From the NCBI GenBank assembly GCA_964057225.1, contig OZ059896.1:17856001-17920000 (forward strand): a stretch of DNA of 64,000 bases, given 5' to 3'. The notes beneath the pieces were generated by a model that ran no database searches, was not told where the DNA came from, and saw only the letters and a program-made list of their open reading frames with translations. Below are positions 1 to 14,700 of the stretch, piece by piece; position 1 is the stretch's first letter, and every line of letters starts with the position of its first letter. Source of the DNA: Auanema rhodensis (Eukaryota; Animalia; Nematoda). The translations under genes were made by a program, and so were the position numbers.

Positions 1-626
1 CACACTAGAACTTCGATGTGTGTGGAAAGTACGTCGAGCCAGTTGACGTAATGGTCGAAGAAAACCACTAGATTCGTTCTTTTTTTCTGAAAAAAAAATT
101 TTTTTCTTCTGCAAAGTAAGAAGATGAAAAAAAATTGTATTTATAACTAAAGATGAAAATTTAGTCAACTGATGGTATATTTCTTAATACTTATTAATGG
201 AAATATATGCGCAAACCTTGAAACTTCCTGTTCGCTAAGTGGTTGATTCGTGGTAGTGTATGCGAATGCGATATTTGAACTGAAGCTAAAAAAGAAAATT
301 TTAATAAAAAATTCATTAAATAGCATTATTTGTTTTCTTATTTTTTAAATTTGAAATAATAATTTTCAACAAAATGCGTTAAAGCCTGAGCTTTAAAGTA
401 CACAACTTGGAGAATAAAAAAGAATACATAAGAATTCTTTTGATCAATTCATGTAAATTGTTGGTTGTTCTTCTGCCAAAACGAATATTATAACGTCTTG
501 AAACATACTTAGATCATTCAAAGTTGTACTTGAGCTTGACTCAGATATGAGCGTTGTTCCTCCATCCTTGTTAGCTTTTCGATTCTTGATGTCTGTATTG
601 AAACCGATCTGAAATTTATAAAATGA

Positions 627-676
<50 letters not shown>

Positions 677-1653
677 AAGAGAGATTACTAATTTTCTATA
701 ATAATTTCATGATAAGCCAATATCTGTTAAAACTATCATCCGAAAGAAGAATATAAAACTTGAGTATTAAATTGAAATAAAAATATTTTTTTTACGAAAT
801 TTGTTTCTTACGTTGTGTAAATAATTGATATAAACTTGTCTTGTAATATAGACATAATATAAATAACTATTCATAATAATTTCTTTATATTATTCATTTT
901 ATTTTAATATTTTTGATAATAATAATAATAAAAAACAGGAAATTACTTATATAAATTAAAAATTCTAGTACCTTCATTCTCTTAATAAGAACGCGAAGTA
1001 CATTACGCCAACATATAATTGTTCTATCCAAATTAGTGATATTATGAAAATAAGAATCCTGTTTTTTTAAATAAATAATAAAAATAAGTTCGCCATTTTA
1101 CATAAAACATACTGATTCCAATACTTTACGAAAATGAAATAAAGTACATTCGATGAAAACAGCCCAATAATATGGTTTAAATCCACGTTGTTCAGCTAGA
1201 CGACCATGTACTCGGCCTAGATTATCACACAAACTATCAACAGATGTTGGATTATCAAGTGCTTCAACTACTGATTCCAGTACCTAAATCAGTTAGATCA
1301 AGTTTGGATATGTTCTATGATATCATATAGTATGTATATGTATGTTTCGAAATCAGAATAACTAGCTGATGTACCTGCATAAAACGTAAAGCGTGAAATT
1401 CCATTTCTTTGCTATATGTTCCATTCTGAGAAACTTTCATAAAAGGGAAAAGCTGTAATCATATAATTCGTTCATCAAACTTAAGTGTTAGAGTAGAAAT
1501 CTCAAGAAATTTTACCTGCTTAGCGTCTGGACTCTGGCTGAATATCATTTCAAATATACAGGAAGCTGTTGAATTAATGTTTTTTTTCAAAATTCCCCAA
1601 CTTCTTCGAATAAAAGTTTTATCTTCAGGAGTAATACACTCAAGAGCATCCAT
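1..1653 (-). CDS. Nematode globin (glb family), spliced; 3' end runs off the left edge, 5' end uncertain
   Basis: GT-AG exons at about 1653-1517, 1453-1376, 1283-1113, 1058-972, 608-509, 285-217 and 86-1 join in frame: MDALECITPEDKTFIRRSWGILKKNINSTASCIFEMIFSQSPDAKQ|LFPFMK...EMEFHALRFMQ|VLESVVEALDNPTSVDSLCDNLGRVHGRLAEQRGFKPYYWAVFIECTLFHFRKVLES|DSYF...CWRNVLRVLIKRMK|IGFNTDIKNRK... Globin hallmarks are present: A-helix SW, CD1 Phe (LFPF), distal His (FHALRF) and proximal His (LGRVHG). A possible upstream exon at about 2154-2070 (PIDELSESLYRC...) joins in frame but lacks its own ATG. Confidence 0.9.
631..683. repeat. (GA)n microsatellite in globin intron
   Basis: About 20 perfect GA units followed by degenerate units. 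Confidence 0.95.
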
Positions 1654-3478
1654 CTCTTTCAATTTTATTTTAAATAAAAAAAAACAAAAATATTGTTTTA
1701 ATTACCTAAAAGGAAAAAAAGTTTTTAATTTATTAACAATGTTGTTAAATGAAAAGAATAATAAGATTAAAAGAAACAATTGATTTCAAAAAAATAATTG
1801 AAATCAAACAAAAAAAAACTTGACAGTTGATAGATACATATATGAAATTTATAAAAAAAAGTATTATAGATAAATGGAAGCACAGCTGCATTTAACACAT
1901 AGCTTCACAAGATATTTGGTTTTTTTGTTTGAAAAACAACAAAAAGAAAAGATATAAATAAAATAAATTAGAATACAACTATGTATATTTATTATAAATA
2001 TTAATTTTTATAAAATATTATAACAAATAGAATAATAAATAATACTATCGCATATGTATAGATACATACGTGATATTAGAAGGATGTCTCTTGAGGAGTG
2101 AACTGTTTTTTGGCTCAAACACCTATATAAGCTCTCACTCAACTCATCAATAGGCTTTCAAAACTGAACTCAGCTGGTTTTAGCTTTTAGTTTAGTAAAG
2201 CCGCATAAAGTTGCAACATCTTAAAGGAATTATATAAACTTTATATGTTAAAGATGATTTAGAATGTTTTAACTAATTGATGACAAGGTATGATCTTTAA
2301 AATTAATATTATCATGTCATTTGAAGCATTTTTGCGAGAATTGAGCATAAAAATGTATGAAGGAAGTACGAATTTCCGGCTTTTACTCAATTTACGATAA
2401 AATTAATATTTGAAATTTAACTGAACTGCAAGCAAGCAAGTTATACCTATCTAGCAAATTATTATTAGAATTCTTAGGATCAAATAGTAATTTTCGAACA
2501 TTTTTTTTCATTCATAACTAACTAATCAAATTGAATTATTAGAATATCTCGCAATATCTAGTATATAGAAGAAAAGATAAGAGAAGATATTTCAAATGTT
2601 TCATGAGTTCAAGAATTTGATGATCAATTTCAATTTTAAGAAAAACATTAAATAAATCTTTTTTTTTGATTAATTATCTTAATATTTAAGTTCAAATAAT
2701 AACAAAACCAAACATAAAATGATAGATATTACTAGAAAAATGATGACAAAGTGAAGAAGAATAACAAATTTAGAATACATTTTCTAAAATTATTTATATA
2801 AATATATGTATATATATATATATAGAAACATGTCTTATTTAAATAAATATATAAATAGTACTTGAAGATGAGCATAACAATATGATTTAAGCTATAAGAA
2901 TAACTAAAAAGAACAAGAAAAAGGTCATACAATATACGTTTTCTATCTATGTTCTATACATATACGTGTATATTTATATATTTACAGATATAGTATATGT
3001 TTATTATGCTATAAATAGCATAACTAACTAATATATGACACATTAGTTAGACAAGAAAATTGACATGATTGACTACTAGGAAAAGTCATGTTGTTAAAGA
3101 GCCAACACCGAACATGAGCAGGCCAGCACAGTTAGCAGCACATTGAGCTCTTGTTTCAGTTTAATACACAGAAAAATGTCAAAATTGGAATCAAGAAATG
3201 AGGTTCAAAATTTCATTACATCATGAAGGCTATTTCGAATAATAGAGCAGATTAGCTGATTGAGAGAGAAAGGCAAGAAGAAGAGGGAGAAGGAGGAGGT
3301 GGAGAAAAGATAGAGGGAGAGAGAGTGAGAGAGAAAGAGAGGTAGAAAAAGAGAGGAAATTAAGGAATGTAGAAATGAAAGAAAATTAGTAAGTTAAGCT
3401 GCTAACTGGTATTGCAACTTAAGAGGTATAGAGGTAGAGAAATATGAATAGAAAAAGAGAGAATGTTGGAGAAAGAGG

Positions 3479-3509
<31 letters not shown>

Positions 3510-6500
3510 AAAGTGTATACGTGTGTTGATAACATGTACAATAGTTAGTTGATGCTCCATTTCTAAGAATGCAATCTAGAAGCGATCCAACAAAATTTTT
3601 CAATTATTTCAAATAAAATGAAACGAAAACGAATATTAAAGAAGAAATATTGGCTAAGAGAATAAAGTTTCTTGAGCAAGATTTACTTTTAACTATATTT
3701 TCCATTGTTTTACTTAATCTACTCGTTCGCATAGTTAAAAAAAAAACTTAAAAAATCCCATTTATGGAGATTATTCTTCATTTTGATGGAAAATGTTATG
3801 AAGCATATATGAATATATCATTATACCATCATTATGCCATCATTTTTCGTATATTTAACTATACAGATTATAATAATATTATTTATACATAAAAGATATA
3901 TAAGATTTAACTATAATATTATAATATAAATAAATTAATCCATAATTAACATGTAAAAGAAGATGCAACAATGATAATTTTTGCGATCATTAAGCTACGT
4001 TTCATGTATAAAAATTATAAGAACATTCATATGTACATACAGTATAGCATAGTTATATAAGAATTTTTATAATAAAACCTAAAGAAATTTATAAAATTGG
4101 GTAGTAGAATCTGTATATGTATATATAAAGTAAAAAACTAAATAAATTAATATGATATCATAATTTATTTGAAATATTGTTCTTTATATGATAAAAGAAG
4201 TTATAACTATATATGTAATAAGTATATAATAGTTAATCTTTGTATATTACTTTATATAAAAATTAATAAAATTAATTATAATTCTTTTAACTATAAATAG
4301 TTTAATTACTTTCTTTTTTTTTTCTTATTTTAATGCTCAATTCTAAATCCATCATGTAATTAAGTGAAATAATGTTTTGTTAAAGGTCAATCACAAAATT
4401 GAAAAAAGATTTGCCCATTAGAAATGAGAAAAAAAGAAAATTAATTTTTAAAATTTTTCAATTGCAATATAAATTGAGGTTGAAACCTCTGAAAATAAGA
4501 CAACTTAACGAACAAATTTTAAAAGTATCATAATATACGTTACAAAAAATTTCAGATTTACTTACAACATTGATTACTCTCATGTATATAGTCGTTTCAT
4601 GCCGTACTTCTCTCAAGTTAAGATGATAACGTTTGTTACTAGCAAAGTTGAGATTTTCATATTGCTCATGGGAGCTTTCTGTCAGACATGAAATTTAAGA
4701 GCAGCATTCATGCGTTAAGTTTATGTACTTTTTGACTGGTTCAGCCTTTTTTTTTTTTGTCATAGACAGAATTGAATTTCTATGTATAATCAGAAAAATG
4801 TGATAACGATTACAGTTAACTATGATAAGTCAGTTATAGCTCTTCATTCATTTTATGTACATATATATACTATATAGTATAGTTAGGAATAGAGGCAAAT
4901 ACAAAGAATCAGCCAATGAAGAAGATAGGAGCATCTGTTTTTTAATTAATAATACGTTTGGTATAGTGCTTGTCTACCTGAAAGCATAATAAAGAAAATC
5001 CGACAAATCTTTCGCTTTTGTATTTTTTGTTGGAAATTAGCTGTTCTTCTATCTTCTCTTGTACCAACCACTCATTATAACTCTCTCTCTCTCATCTCAT
5101 TCAACTCTATTTCTCTTTCGCTTTTTCTATACAGAATTCTAATTATATAGGCTAATCGGTCGAACAGCATAAGGCTCAGGTCATATATCCGGTTCGTCGT
5201 CATTCTCCAGCCAGCCTCACTTTTCTACCTTCATGCCCTCTCACTCAGTTACAGTTAGGATAAAAAGTTATTATATAATATCTGAATCAGTTAATATCTT
5301 CTATCATATTCAATGTATTTAACAAGAATAACTTCTAAATGAGTTTGTCAACAAGCTTTCTCTGGACGTCGCACACACAACATCTCCCATCCCCTTCTCT
5401 CTCTCTCTCTCCCTCCTTCTCTCTCTCTCTTATTTGATATTCAACTGTGTTTTGGTATCATCCATCATTTACTTCCACTATCATCTACATATTGACTTTT
5501 TTAGTGTTTTCTTTCATTTCGATACCCTACAACTACTTACCTCGTCACTGAAACTTCACCTTCAATTCACAAAACTTCCTCTCTTTTTTCCTCGCAGTTT
5601 CCCTCTGTATTTTCTAGGTTTCCTTCAAAACTTCAATGTCTCCGCTTTATACCTTCACCATCAATTCACTCTTTGTTTCAACTATTTCATCCGACGATCA
5701 GTTGTCGATCATCTTCTGTCCTTCTGGCGTCCTTTACCATTTTTTTTCAAACTTGGCGCTCAAATATATAAGTCTTTGTATGTCTAGCCGCTAATATATA
5801 GAGTTATAAACTTTTATTTATTAAGATATTTATTGTATTTTTCCAATTAATTTTCAAATTATTTGGTTATAATATGAAAAGCTTCAACTTTTCTCCAAAA
5901 CATGCATATAGTTTTATATTCGCGTTTTCCGTGATCAGAGATCTCTTTAACTTTTCATTACTCTCCTTTCCCTTCTTTCTCTTAATCCTCATTTTTTCTT
6001 TTTTTTTTTTTATAATTTTATAACATATAGCATTTGAAAAGCAACGTACTGTTCTCTGAATTCCATGATTTTCAACTAAAAAAATCCCATTATTTCCTAA
6101 TGGCTCTATTCAATCAAAGATGATATTCAGTTCCCATAATGCATAATAGGAAGATATCAATTTTGTATTGATGAAATGAACTAGTTTTTTCAAATATTCT
6201 GTATTTTCAAATATTTTCTTTTCGGAACTTATCTTCTTTCCATACTTTCTATCCCTACCCTTTTTCTGAATAGCCTCAAGTTTGCCCTGATGTTATACCT
6301 ATTATTGAATATTTCAATATTTCCAAATAAGGCAAATCCAACAATTCAATCTTCAACATTTCATTTAAGACATTTGTTTGAAACATACACAAACAAACAC
6401 TGTATTATTGTTCTTTATTGAAGAAAAAAGAATTGTTTTTCTTTATGATAATCAGTTAGAATGCTAAAGAATATTTCAAAGAGAAGATCCTATCAATGAT

Positions 6501-7100
6501 TCATTAAATTCCAATTGTGAACGCAAAATTATAAAAAAAAAAGAAAAAAAAAGGATTCTGATGAAAAAAAGATAAAAAGACTTCAAATGGCTTGTAGTCA
6601 GCATGAGCCTGTTGTCCATAAAAATTAAAATTGAGGACAATTCAGCCGAATGAATACATGAAAACGGAAAGGACAGTCATTTTAATTTTTCAGGCAAAAA
6701 GCGATTAATAGACGACCCGCTTGAATAAGGTGTGTAGGCAATGTCCTCAGAGGAGGAAAAATGACCTCGAAGATTATTCCATTACCTTTCGTATTTACCG
6801 ATTTCAGAAGGTAGAATAGAGTGGTTGTACTGGATGTAATAGAAAGAAATACGTTTGGTTGAAGTAAAGCTATGAGGAAGATGAGTATAGAATTGAAAAA
6901 AGAGAAAGATAGAGAGATGAAAGAGTTATACAGTGAGAGAAATAGAAAATATCAAACATAACTCAATGTTTTGAGCATTGAGCAAGAAAAACAAAAGTGA
7001 AATTCACATTCTTATAAAAGGCCAATCTATGAAAAATACTATGTGAACGTGCATTTCATGCATATCAACATAGTTTGTAGGGATGTGAGAAATTAAAAAA

Positions 7101-7106
<6 letters not shown>

Positions 7107-7154
<48 letters not shown>
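7107..7154. repeat. (GA)n microsatellite
   Basis: About 24 GA units. Confidence 0.95.
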
Positions 7155-7155
<1 letters not shown>

Positions 7156-10100
7156 ATGAGAGAAAAGAGAAATAGAGGTAACAGTACGAGGAGAGAGGAA
7201 GAGTAGAAAAATAAAAATAAAGATGAAAACATGTATATGAGAGTACAACAAGATAGGTAGACCAATGAATGAGTGAGATTACAAAAGACATGTCAGATGA
7301 GAAACATCATACACATGAGAGAGTGTCTCCGAGAATAAAAGGTAGAATTGAGGTATAAGAGATAGAGAGAGAGAGAGAAAGAGAAGTAGAGGAATAGAGA
7401 AAAGTGAGGATAGTTTGACTGTCGTCATCATCGTCTGGCTATTCATTTGACCATATATTGATTTTTCTACTTGCTTAGCCTCAAACATCAAATAACCTTA
7501 TTATCAGTTATTTTCTTAAATAATAGTTCTACTATCAATACATAGTTATATAACATTATTTATATAAATAATAATATTATTTATTAATATGCGTGAATGA
7601 TGACGATGATGATGATGATGATGATGTTGATTTTTCTATAATTAGATAAAGATACATATTTTGAATTAATTCATAACTATAGCTAATTGAAATTTTTTAA
7701 AATTTTGTTTTATTTATACATATAGTATATGCTTTTAGTTATTTATTTAAATCAAGTCGGGTTGTTGTTGATTCAAACATGTTCTACATAGTCTGGTTTA
7801 TTACGATTTTTCCTTTTTAACTTTCAATAACCGTTTTGTTTGTTTACATTTCACATCATTATATTTCTCTAAATAAGGTTAATCCGTCTTTTCTTTGAAT
7901 ATGTTCTTCATGTCAGTTTCACAACATGCTTTTGGTCAGTTCTTACATCTTTGAAATGCTTCGACTGGATTAAGGCCTTGAGAAGCTACATGTCATCACC
8001 TGTGAAACAGTTGGCTAAGGTTTCAGCTTTTTTTTGCTGATTTCTCCTTTGGCAGACGATGAATTTGAGACATTTTTTTGGAGGAAAAATAACTTTTTTG
8101 TATAAATTGTCAGCATAGTTGACAGAGAAGGTCATTAATTTCATTTTCTTTGACTACATTCGCTTCATCTTCATTTTCATTTTCACATAGTCATTAACCA
8201 TTTTGCATTAACCATCATCTACATCGCTCTCATCATCGTCATTATCAAAATCTTTTTCTTCTTGGTCATTCTCGTTCTTCTCTTGTTGTCGCCATCTCCT
8301 CATTGCCTCTGATATTCCTTGCTTGATGTGCTTATCGTCATCAGAATGTTCACCTGGTTGTCACCTTGTTCGTCGTCACTTTCGTTGTCAATGTTTCCTC
8401 TGATGGAACATCTCTTAAGGTCATTGACAGTTGCAAATGCAAATAATTGACGACAATGATCAGATGCTGCCAGATGCTTTGAGGAAGAGGTAGTAGCCAG
8501 TTGTTCAAATTGTCTTCATCATTTCCATCTTGTTGTCAGTTTTTCATATTGAATCGTCTATTTCTATTTCTGTTAGCTCTTACTCTAAACCATTTTTCAT
8601 TACCTGATATGTATGTTATATCGTATATCTATATAAGGTAATCTGATATACATCTCACCTCCACTATCGCTCCCTTTCTCTTTCTCTTACTTTATAATTC
8701 CTTTTATCCTAATGCAATCCATTCTCTCTCTTTATTTTCCTCTTTTTCTCTTTTACGTTTTGCAAATATGTTTGGTTCCTCTATTCAAGCTCTTATTGCT
8801 TGTATGCTTCATCACTTTCTGCATTAAAAAACGTTTTCACACGCTTTGAATGTGTTATCAATACAGCTCAGTTAACTATACACATAATAGTTAAATGGTC
8901 TAAAATCGATTTTCATATTTTAATTCATTAGTAGTAAGTAATAATAAGAATTTATTATTATATTTATATATTATAAAACTTATTCTAAAGTGTTTTTATT
9001 TCAATGATTAGCATAATAACATTTTATATGCACAGTATGTTTCACATATTGTTCATGTAAAAAACTTTCCGGACTTTTATAGGTTTCACTTCTATACTAT
9101 AGGCTTCAATTCTCTTTCTCTCTCTCTCTCGCTCTCTCTCTCTCACTACTTTACCTCTTTCTACCTCTCTTTCTACTTCTCTACCTCTCTCACTACTTCT
9201 CTACCTCTCTCTCTTCTTCTCTACCTCTGATTATGGGTATAATGGTTGAAGTTTTTCGATATTTCAAATATTGAATAAGACCAGAAAATAAGAAATATTT
9301 AACTTCTCCTCTATTATTTTCTTATCTTTGCACTTAATTACTATTCATTTTATCTTTTCTTTCTTCTTCCTCATCTTAACCTCATCGGCAATATCTATCT
9401 CATAGTTTTCATATGAATTAGACTCTTTCGCCGCAGAAATGTGCAAATCAGAGCATCAGATGGTTGATCCTTCAATCAGAAGTGTCCTCTGTCGGTCCAC
9501 TTGGTCATCCATTAATTCCTTTGTTCTTGCAGTTCTACAACCCTTCATCCGTTTTTGTATCGGCTGACCGTCTGTCTCTTTACCATTTCTTGTATTCATA
9601 TTTCATTTATATTATTATCATGGATACGGCTTCCACTATATTATATTATTTCGTAATAGTTTTCATTATAATATCAAAAACTCATAGACCTATTGTTTCA
9701 AATTTGGAATTTCTCTGCATTTCGTTATAACATCCGTTGATTCCTCTTGTATCACTTTGCACTATGTCTTCAAAAGAATAATGATGTAATTCATACGCCT
9801 ATTGATTCATACCAAGCATAACAGCAAAAAACAGTTGTCAACCTTCTTTGACGTTCCTCCTATTCGAAGGACCCCTTCTTATCCATCGTGATTAGCATAC
9901 ATTATCTCACACCATTGGTTACTATTTGCCGTATTTAGGCGGCCAGTCGACGGCCCTACAACAGTCCTCCCCCGCCGCCACCACACAATCATCATCATTT
10001 CGCAAATCTTATTTCTTTCTCATACATCATACTACCATATACAGTCTTGTATATTCTAGTTCTCAAGAAACCTCTTTACCTTTGAATCTTACCTTGCTAT

Positions 10101-10903
10101 TGTATTTCTGCTTAGTTCTTTTCTAATTGAGGAATGCTTACTTCAGTACTTTTCATTCAAACCTTATAGTAAAATACTGTGAACTATATCTTCATCGATT
10201 GCTTTTTCACTTTTTTTCGTTTCCAACCTCTGTATGATTCATTCATTCTCTTCCATACGTTCTAAACCATTGCTCATTCCATCTTCCTTCAGTTTTCGGG
10301 TCAATTTCAAGTCACCTTTGCTCTTTTTCCTCAAAACTGCTATTGTTTCGTCAAAAATACGAATACAGCTAATCTTTGCTTCTCGGCTACTTAGCGTTAC
10401 GCCCGATTTCACCTCAACTGTCCTTTGAAGGTTCATTTTTCCGATAGCGTGAAAAATTTTTTTTTGCTCAATTAGCCTTGTTTTTTAGTAGTTTGACTGT
10501 CTGTGTCTTTCATCTTGTGTTCCTTGCTAAACGCTTTTCAAATTTCTATCAGTATTCAGTGTGATTTTCGCTCCATCCCCATACCCTTTCAGTGTTCCTC
10601 CTCCTCCACATAAGTTCTTTACCTTTCTCACTTAATCTGCTATTTCTTATAATTATAATTTTTATTATAATATAGTTATATTGAATTGATTTGTTTTTAA
10701 TAAATGGTATTTCTCTATCTCTCAATCCTTTTTTCTCTTTGTTTTACCTTTGAATTTCAATAGATTTTCTTATTTATTTTTAATATTATAGTTGTTAAGC
10801 TCATCTCAAAACATTTAACTCCTATTATGGCTCTTTGCCATCTCATCTAACTATCTATAAATTCTAATAAACCTTTTTTAGATTTCTCTCCCTCTCTATC
10901 GTA

Positions 10904-10994
10904 CTCTTTCTCTCTCTACACCCCTCTTTCTCTCTCTACACCCCTCTTTCTCTCTCTACACCCCTCTTTCTCTCTCTCTCTTTCTCTCTCTCTC
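10904..10994. repeat. 20-bp tandem minisatellite (ctctttctctctctacaccc) x3 running into (CT)n
   Basis: Three near-identical 20-nt units visible in consecutive blocks. Confidence 0.9.
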
Positions 10995-11728
10995 AATACA
11001 TCCTATCACATTTCAACTCGAAAAATTCTTTTTTTAACTTATTTCTTTATATTAGTCTAGTTGTTTGAATTATGAATTATAGACACGCAGTGTATTGTTC
11101 GTCTTCGATTTTTCTTCTAAACGTGATTGATTACATTTCCAATTTAATTTTTGTCTTCACATTTTTAACTTATTAGATTAACCATTTTTTTTTCTTATTT
11201 CAATCTTGTTTTACTTCATTTTTTAAATTTTTACATTTTTTTATATAAAAATACATTTGATTCACATTTAACAAAATAATTTATTTGTTTTAAATTGAAG
11301 CTTTAAAATGAACTTTTATTTTTATAAATACTCTTCTAATTCTTACATCGTAGACATTGTTATCCCAACAATTTGTTTTTGTTTTATATTTCCCCATATA
11401 AGATTTTATTTATATTATATTTTACTTTATAGTTCATTCCAATATATAGTTTCTTGTCGTTTTTTTGTAAAATTTCTTCTTCTTCTGGAAAACTTGGAAT
11501 TTTTAAATTGTTATCTTGCAACTTGTACATGTGTTTTTGACTAAAAATAGAAAATATTGAAAGAATAGTTTACATTATTATTTTCTTGTATCACAAATCT
11601 TTGCATACACATACATACATTTTGACTGAAAAATAAGTTTTGAAAATTCTGTCTGTCTTCTGTTTTATATTTTCATAACTTCTTACATTCTTTCTTTGTT
11701 TTATTTTATTCAAAACTTTTATTTTTTT

Positions 11729-11737
11729 TTATTTTAG
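11729..11737 (+). promoter_or_regulatory. Putative SL trans-splice acceptor of the FRMD4 gene
   Basis: U-rich tract plus TTTTAG 21 nt upstream of ATG 11759. An in-frame TAA follows the AG, so no upstream coding exon can join in frame. Confidence 0.55.
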
Positions 11738-11758
11738 AAGTAAAAAAGTTTTTTACGG

Positions 11759-14700
11759 ATGTTAGATCATCCGTATAAAGCTTCTATCCTTCTTCTAGAT
11801 GGTCAGACGATTGAGCTTCTTTTCTCAGCTAATTCAACTATCTATGATATTCTACCGTCGATTCCAACGTCAACTAAAACTGATGACGCTCGTCTGATCC
11901 ATTATGCTGTTCACGATGATTTGTATGTCAACAGTTGAATTAATCATAACTATGATGAAAAGCTGTCAATTACTTTTTTTCAGTTTCTTATCTGATATAA
12001 GTATTTCAAATATTTCAGTGATCACATTCACTGGCTGTCAGATGAAAAGCGTCTCATTGATTATGTTGACATATCTACTAAAACAATCTTTATCAAACAG
12101 CATATAAGGTAAATAAACATTTGATTTAATAAATTGTTATAATTAAGTTATAAGCAAGTTTAATTACTAAATGAAACCTTAACAGAACCTTATTTACTTT
12201 CAGATATTTTGTTGATTCAATACTTTACTTACAAGATCCAATAGTTGTTGAGCTTTATTTTCTAGAAGTCTTACAACAACTTAATAAGGTATCTAATTCG
12301 ATTCGTATTCAAACTATTTATATTTTATCGTTTTTTTTCCTTTTCAAACAATTTATAATGAAAAAAATCTTAAAGATAGAATTTATATATTTAGAACGTC
12401 CTTGATTTGTCTATTGGTGATTTTGTTCAAATATCAGCATTACTGTTACAGATATATTCTGGAGATTTTAATAGGTAATATTATTTCTTTTTCTTTTTGT
12501 AATTATAATTAAAATAATTCAACGATTGAACTATTCAAAACATTAAAGTTTGGTTTGTTTTCGATATTAAGATCTGAAATCAGCGTATAATTTATGAATT
12601 TCACAAAATGAATATTCTTCAAGAATTTTAAATTATTTTGTTATAATTAGTTTATTTATTTATAGAGAACAACATTTATTTGAACAAATGGAATCTGTAG
12701 TTCCTTGTTTGGATTCAATTTTAATACAATATCATTTATCTCGTGATGATTATATTAATCAATTAACAAATGAATATAGTCATTTAAATGGAGAAAAACG
12801 TGGATCTGCTATGATACGGTGAATATTTTATATTAAGATTATCTTATTTTAAATGTATTTCTAAATTTATAACCAAAATATATTATATTTTATATAATAT
12901 TTGGATATTTTAATAATTACAGATTGATGAAATTGGTAGAGAAATGCGTTCGTTATGGATGTCGCTTCTATCATGTACGTGAAGATTCAGAATCTGCTGA
13001 ACAATGCGTGCTAGCCATCAATACAAACGGAATTCTAGTCTACAGCTCTATCTATTCCTATGAACCAAAGAATGTGAGTCAGATATGATGAAACGAAAAC
13101 GGAAATATTTTTATTTCAATGTTACATCTTTATAACTTTTTTTTTTTTTCTTCGATTCAGCCTCAAATGTTTCAGTTTTTCCATTGGAAATTCATGGATA
13201 ATATCTATTATAGAAATGATAGATTTTGGATTGAAGTACGAGAAGCTCGTCGGTTTGTTCATAATTTCTTTAATTATCCTTAAACTTATATATATCTTAT
13301 AGATCAGCAAGTGTATTAGGCGGAGATACGAAATCTTTCTTTGACTCACAAATTCAAACTACAGACGATGTTGAACTACTTAAAGCTGTAAATGATCCTA
13401 CCACACAGTTAGTTTCTTTTTTTCTCAAAATTATTTCCAAATACTGGTCTTCAAAGTGTTAATAATCTTGAGTCTTCATTTTTCTTTTGTATGTTTTATC
13501 ATACCTAGAAGTACTTCATATCGTTTTATACAAGTGTTTCTGTGATATTCCTATTTTGCATTTTGTTAGTCGGCTTGTGTATTCTATATGGTCTTAAACG
13601 TATGTGGGCCATAAATCAGTCTGTTGACAAATCCCATAAACGCTCATCGTTAGGCTGGAAATGATCATAAAAGGCAACATAACTGAAGACAGCAAGATAG
13701 ATCGAAGGGTGAATGAGCTTGAGAAGGCGCAAATTACAGAAGCGCGTGAGAAAGAACAACGAAGAAAAAATGATTGAAATAGCCTTGTTTTGTGATAATG
13801 GATTGCTATCGGATATTTTTTCCATATTAGAGCTAGTTTATGGAGAAACAAAACAAAAATGGTTTGATAACTTCGATTTGAGATCACACTAGAGGTTGAA
13901 AGAGAAAGCAGATACAGTGATCTGGAAATTCAAAAATATTATTGCAACTTCATGAATTTCTTTCATTTCTGAATATTTTGTATAAACAAGAATTATCGTA
14001 TAACGAGAAATATCAATTTCAAGTACGGGATCATTCATTCTTGTTGATTTCATTTCCTGCTTCTCTATTCAATTATGATTTTTAGTAATTTCCTGAATAC
14101 ATTGTGGAAGTGAAACATACATGTATTTTTTTATTTTCTACCTCAATCTATTTTCTTATATTCATGCTTGTTGTTTTCTTGTACTTCCTCATATCAATTA
14201 GCCGATTCAGTTGTTTTTTCGATTTTGAATATATTCTGTGGAAAAATTTGTTGCAAAAGATTTTTTGTGTTGTTTTTTTGCGTTGCTATTTCCAAGTAAT
14301 CAGTCTCAGGTGGTTTGATTTGGGTGGTTTGTGGAGAGAAAGATATTTTGAGAAGAGAAAGGACATTCCTTGGAATACGAGAGACATGAAACGGCCACAT
14401 GTCGTTGGTTTCATATTATATCTCACTGTATCTCCCATATTCCCTTTGACCATTAATATTCTTTGTTATTCTCCGACAAGCCGACAATCTACAGCTTCAA
14501 GAGGCTTGATTTGAAATGTAGAAAGGCAAATATGACTTAGTACTTGCTGAATAATTAATTTAAACTTCCACATCATATGGCATACCGAAAAGGAAATATT
14601 ATACTGGGTATTTAAATATAAATATCTTATTCAAAAATCAGTATAATCTTTTAAACATTACCATAATAATTAAAATCGTATCCCATATGAAGTGGCTTCT

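Noticed and set aside
2150-2222. Frame upstream of the globin with two in-frame TGA codons (possible selenocysteine or readthrough)
   Set aside because: No SECIS is visible, and an acceptor downstream of both TGAs explains the frame more simply.
8485-8505. let-7-like GAGGTAGTAG (also TGAGGTAG at 63601 and miR-44-like TGACTAGAG near 28087)
   Set aside because: Seed-length matches only, with no precursor hairpin; the 63601 match is inside a coding exon.
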